In this document: in pieces, positions 29,160-32,000 of the stretch
Numbering within the stretch: the first letter of the stretch is position 1
Layout of the letters: each line of letters starts with the position of its first letter
Origin: Methanococcus maripaludis
Lineage (GTDB): Archaea; AGJL01; Methanococci; Methanococcales; Methanococcaceae
Direction of reading: 5' to 3'
Length of the DNA: 32,000 nucleotides
NCBI RefSeq assembly: GCF_002945325.1
Contig: NZ_CP026606.1
Coordinates: 90,001 to 122,000 of the forward strand
Made by a program: the position numbers and the translations under genes
The notes under the pieces: generated by a model
What the model was told of the DNA's origin: nothing
What the model saw: only the letters and a program-made list of their open reading frames with translations
The model's database searches: none

Positions 29160-31100
29160 TTAAACTTCCCTTCCCCAATAGCTTATTCCATATGGTTTAT
29201 CAAATATTCCTGCAATTGAAGTTTCGAGATCTTCTTCAGCGTAGTAGTTTCCAAGTCTTCCTTCGTAGACTTTTCCGTTGTATTCATATTTTACAACTGG
29301 GGAGTGGAAGTAGTTGCTAAATACTGCTTCAAAATTAACGTTTTCCAGATTACCTTCAAAGTTATTCATATATATCTCGTTGTTTTCACCAAAAATATTT
29401 ACTGCACGAGTATTTCCTACAAAATTATTTTTTGATAATACATTGTTTGAAGACCCATCTAAGAAAATACCATTATTTCCGTTTTCATTTGCGGTATTGC
29501 CTGTTATGGTGTTGTTTGAGGACTCATATGCGTAAATACCACCCATATTTCCAGTTAACGTACTGCTTGTTATGGTGTTGTTTGAGGATTCCTCTAAGTA
29601 AATACCTCGCGTATTATTGTTTGCAGTATTGCCCATCAAAACGTTATTTGAAGAATAGCCTATGTATATACCTTTATTCATGTTTTCATTTGCATTATTG
29701 CTTGTTATGGTGTTGTTTGAAGACCCATCTAAGTAAATACCTGCCGTATTATTGTTTGCAGTATTGTTTGTAAGCAGGTTATTGTTTGAAGATCCATCTA
29801 AGTAAATACCTCGTTTATTATAATTTGCGGTATTGCCTGTTATGGTGTTGTTTGAAGAATAGCCTAAACTAATACCTCGCTTATTATCGTATGCAGTATT
29901 GCCTGTTATGGTGTTGTTTGAGGACTCAACTAAGTAAATACCGTATTCGTTGTTTTCATTTGCATTATTGCTTGTTATGGTGTTGTTTGAGGAATAATCT
30001 AAGTAAATACCGTATTCGTTGTTTTCATTTGTATTGTTTGTAATGACGTTATTGTTTGAAGAAGTCACTAAACTAATACCAGTTCCCCTTTCAATATATC
30101 CATTATTGTTTGCAGTATTGTTTGTAATCGTATTTTTTGAAGACTCTTCTAATGAAATACCTTCATACCCATTTCCTGTTGCATTATTGTTTGTTATGGT
30201 GTTGTTTGAGGATTCAACTAAGTAAATACCGTATTCGTTGTTTTCATTTGCGGTATTGCCTGTTATGGTGTTGTTTGAAGAACCCCCTAAGAAAATACCA
30301 TCATAAAGGTTTCCTGTTGCATTATTGCTTGTTATGGTGTTGTTTGAGGAATAATCTAAAGAAATACCATTATTATTATCGTATGCAGTATTGTTTGTTA
30401 CGGTGTTGTTTGAGGACTCAATTAAGTAAATACCCTCATTATTTCCTGTTGCATTATTGTTTGTAATGACGTTATTGTTTGAAGAAGTCACTAAACTAAT
30501 ACCATTTCCCCCTTCAATATATCCATTATTGTTTACTGTATTGTATGTAATGACGTTATTGTTTGAAGACTTTTCTAATAAAATACCATCATTCTCATTT
30601 CCATTTGCAGTATTGTTTGTTACGGTGTTGTCTGAAGAACTCCATAAATAAATACCCCACATATTTCCATTTGCAGTATTGTTTGTTACGGTGTTGTTTG
30701 AGGAATCAGCTAAGTAAATACCTGGAAATTCATTTTCATATGCAGTGTTGTTTTCAATTCTGCTATCTGTAGTATTAATTAAAAAAATACCGCATTCAAA
30801 ACCCGTTACTGTAACGTTTTCGATTGTGATATTTGTAACTCCTGTAGCATTGATACCGAAATATATACTACCACTTCCATTCAAGACATATCCATTTCCA
30901 TTAAGTACGACATCGTCACAAGTAATGGTTATAACATCTCCACTGCCGTATGTAATATTATTGTTTAGATAATATGTTCCGGACTCGTTGATTTCATACA
31001 CGGTCGTTATCGGAGTACCTGTCTGAGCAGATACTGCGGAAATAACTGCCAAAAATACAATTAACGATAAAACAACAGTTTTAAAGTCTAATTTTTTCAT
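29160..31100 (-). CDS. Secreted NosD-like right-handed beta-helix repeat protein
   Basis: Signal peptide (MKKLDFKTVVLSLIVFLAVISAVSA) after GGGGGAAATT supports a start at 31100 over 31130. Many tandem SSNNTITGNTANENNEYGIYL units. Confidence 0.88.
   Translation of the reverse strand: MKKLDFKTVVLSLIVFLAVISAVSAQTGTPITTVYEINESGTYYLNNNITYGSGDVITITCDDVVLNGNGYVLNGSGSIYFGINATGVTNITIENVTVTGFECGIFLINTTDSRIENNTAYENEFPGIYLADSSNNTVTNNTANGNMWGIYLWSSSDNTVTNNTANGNENDGILLEKSSNNNVITYNTVNNNGYIEGGNGISLVTSSNNNVITNNNATGNNEGIYLIESSNNTVTNNTAYDNNNGISLDYSSNNTITSNNATGNLYDGIFLGGSSNNTITGNTANENNEYGIYLVESSNNTITNNNATGNGYEGISLEESSKNTITNNTANNNGYIERGTGISLVTSSNNNVITNNTNENNEYGIYLDYSSNNTITSNNANENNEYGIYLVESSNNTITGNTAYDNKRGISLGYSSNNTITGNTANYNKRGIYLDGSSNNNLLTNNTANNNTAGIYLDGSSNNTITSNNANENMNKGIYIGYSSNNVLMGNTANNNTRGIYLEESSNNTITSSTLTGNMGGIYAYESSNNTITGNTANENGNNGIFLDGSSNNVLSKNNFVGNTRAVNIFGENNEIYMNNFEGNLENVNFEAVFSNYFHSPVVKYEYNGKVYEGRLGNYYAEEDLETSIAGIFDKPYGISYWGREV
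29430..30800 (-). repeat. Degenerate in-frame tandem repeats (period about 66-69 nt) encoding beta-helix coils
   Basis: Repeated blocks such as CTTGTTATGGTGTTGTTTGA(A/G)GA and CCTGTTATGGTGTTGTTTGA in the plus-strand sequence, matching the 22-23 aa coil repeats. Confidence 0.85.
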
Positions 31101-31599
31101 AATTTCCCCCGTTTTTTTTGAATATATCATTATAAATAACTTTAAAATGATTATCTACAAGATTTTGGAAAAAGCCCATAAAAAACTAAAAATTGATTTT
31201 TGTAGATATTATAAAGAATAAATTTTATTATTTATTAACCTATCTAAAACGTTTTTTTTTAGATGGGATACCCATTCACGTACATTAATTTTCAAAAGAA
31301 CGCTATTATTCGGAGGATACGAAGAGTTTTCATTTAAAACCCTAGCTATACCAGAACCACTTAGAATACGATAGCAGAAAAAATGAAAAATATTGACATT
31401 GAAAATTACTAAAACTTAATTTTAAAAAAGAACAAATTTAAAAAATCATTTTTTATCGGATCAAAATCGATATTTGAATATTAGTTTTAAAGTTACGTTG
31501 TTTTTTAGGGGTATCCCATATCCATTTTTAAAAAAACCCTGTAATCGAATATATTTACTAAATTGACAGTTTCCGTGTCTTTTTTGATATTTAATATAA

Positions 31600-31629
31600 A
31601 TACTTAACTCAATAAGTATATAAAGTATG
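31600..31629 (+). promoter_or_regulatory. Candidate promoter of the ProV-like gene with an inverted repeat
   Basis: AGTATATAAAG TATA-like sequence (31615-31625) overlapped on its 5' side by ATACTT-N8-AAGTAT (31600-31619). Confidence 0.5.
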
Positions 31630-31786
31630 GTTTAGAAATTTAAGGTATAAATTATAGGCACTATTAAATTCGAATTTGGAAATATTTTTAAAATTATTCT
31701 GCTTTTAAGACTTATTTTTAAAAAAACAGTCTTTTAAAATTCATAATTCATATTTGATAAAGTATTGTCGACTTAAGAGGGATTAT

Positions 31787-32000
31787 ATGGATGAACCTAT
31801 TATCCAAGTAACAGAATTATACAAAATTTTTGGTAAAAAGCCAGAAAAAGCCTATCCTTTAATTAAAGAAGGTTTTTCTAGACAAGAAATAAAAGAAAAA
31901 ACAAAACAGGTTGTTGGACTTAAAAATATTAATTTCGACGTTAAACGAGGAGAAATCTTTGTAATCATGGGACTTTCTGGAAGTGGAAAATCTACGCTGA
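31787..32000 (+). CDS. proV: Glycine betaine/proline ABC transporter ATP-binding protein (ProV/OpuAA type), truncated by the window end
   Basis: Translation of 31787-32000 is MDEPIIQVTELYKIFGKKPEKAYPLIKEGFSRQEIKEKTKQVVGLKNINFDVKRGEIFVIMGLSGSGKSTL, with a Walker A motif. Not in the supplied ORF track. Confidence 0.9.
   Translation, partial: MDEPIIQVTELYKIFGKKPEKAYPLIKEGFSRQEIKEKTKQVVGLKNINFDVKRGEIFVIMGLSGSGKSTL

Noticed and set aside
29430-30800. Regularly spaced repeats that might suggest a CRISPR array.
   Set aside because: The repeats and the sequence between them are both similar, in-frame and coding. There are no unique spacers and no cas genes.
29013-30972. Several plus-strand ORFs opposite the beta-helix gene.
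   Set aside because: They are antisense to the in-frame tandem repeats, have repetitive low-complexity translations, and show no ribosome-binding sites or domains.

Overview
Archaeal chromosomal segment. Gene content, an AT-rich base composition and GGTGA-type ribosome-binding sites are typical of Methanococcus, probably M. maripaludis or a close relative (assigned from memory of the protein families; no database was searched). Recognisable genes: GMP synthase subunit B, pyrG, a GNAT acetyltransferase, a DnaQ-like exonuclease, a Hel308-type helicase, cbiM/PDGLE(CbiN-like)/Dabb/cbiQ, TPR and HEAT-like proteins, an AIR-synthase-related protein, aksF-type homoisocitrate dehydrogenase, proS, RNase P Pop5/Rnp2, nadC, cofG, an S-layer-family protein, a methyltransferase, hemC, a MacB/FtsX-type permease, a D-2-hydroxyacid dehydrogenase, a cytosine-deaminase-like enzyme, two NosD-like secreted beta-helix proteins, and the start of a ProV/OpuAA-type ABC ATPase. 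The main non-obvious signals are: (1) a clear C/D box guide sRNA at about 4707-4776 with both box pairs, a perfect terminal stem and a T-tract; (2) a protein at 22241-23956 with a divergent TIR-like N-terminus, a very acidic linker and TPRs; (3) an unlisted 41-codon hydrophobic ORF at 16790-16915 with a ribosome-binding site; (4) a set of perfect inverted repeats with GTAAT-type half-sites upstream of cbiM and of the S-layer-like gene; (5) a methyltransferase whose reading frame continues upstream with protein-like sequence but no ATG/GTG/TTG start; (6) three secreted proteins that share cell-surface modules. I found no CRISPR array, rRNA, tRNA, or transposon.
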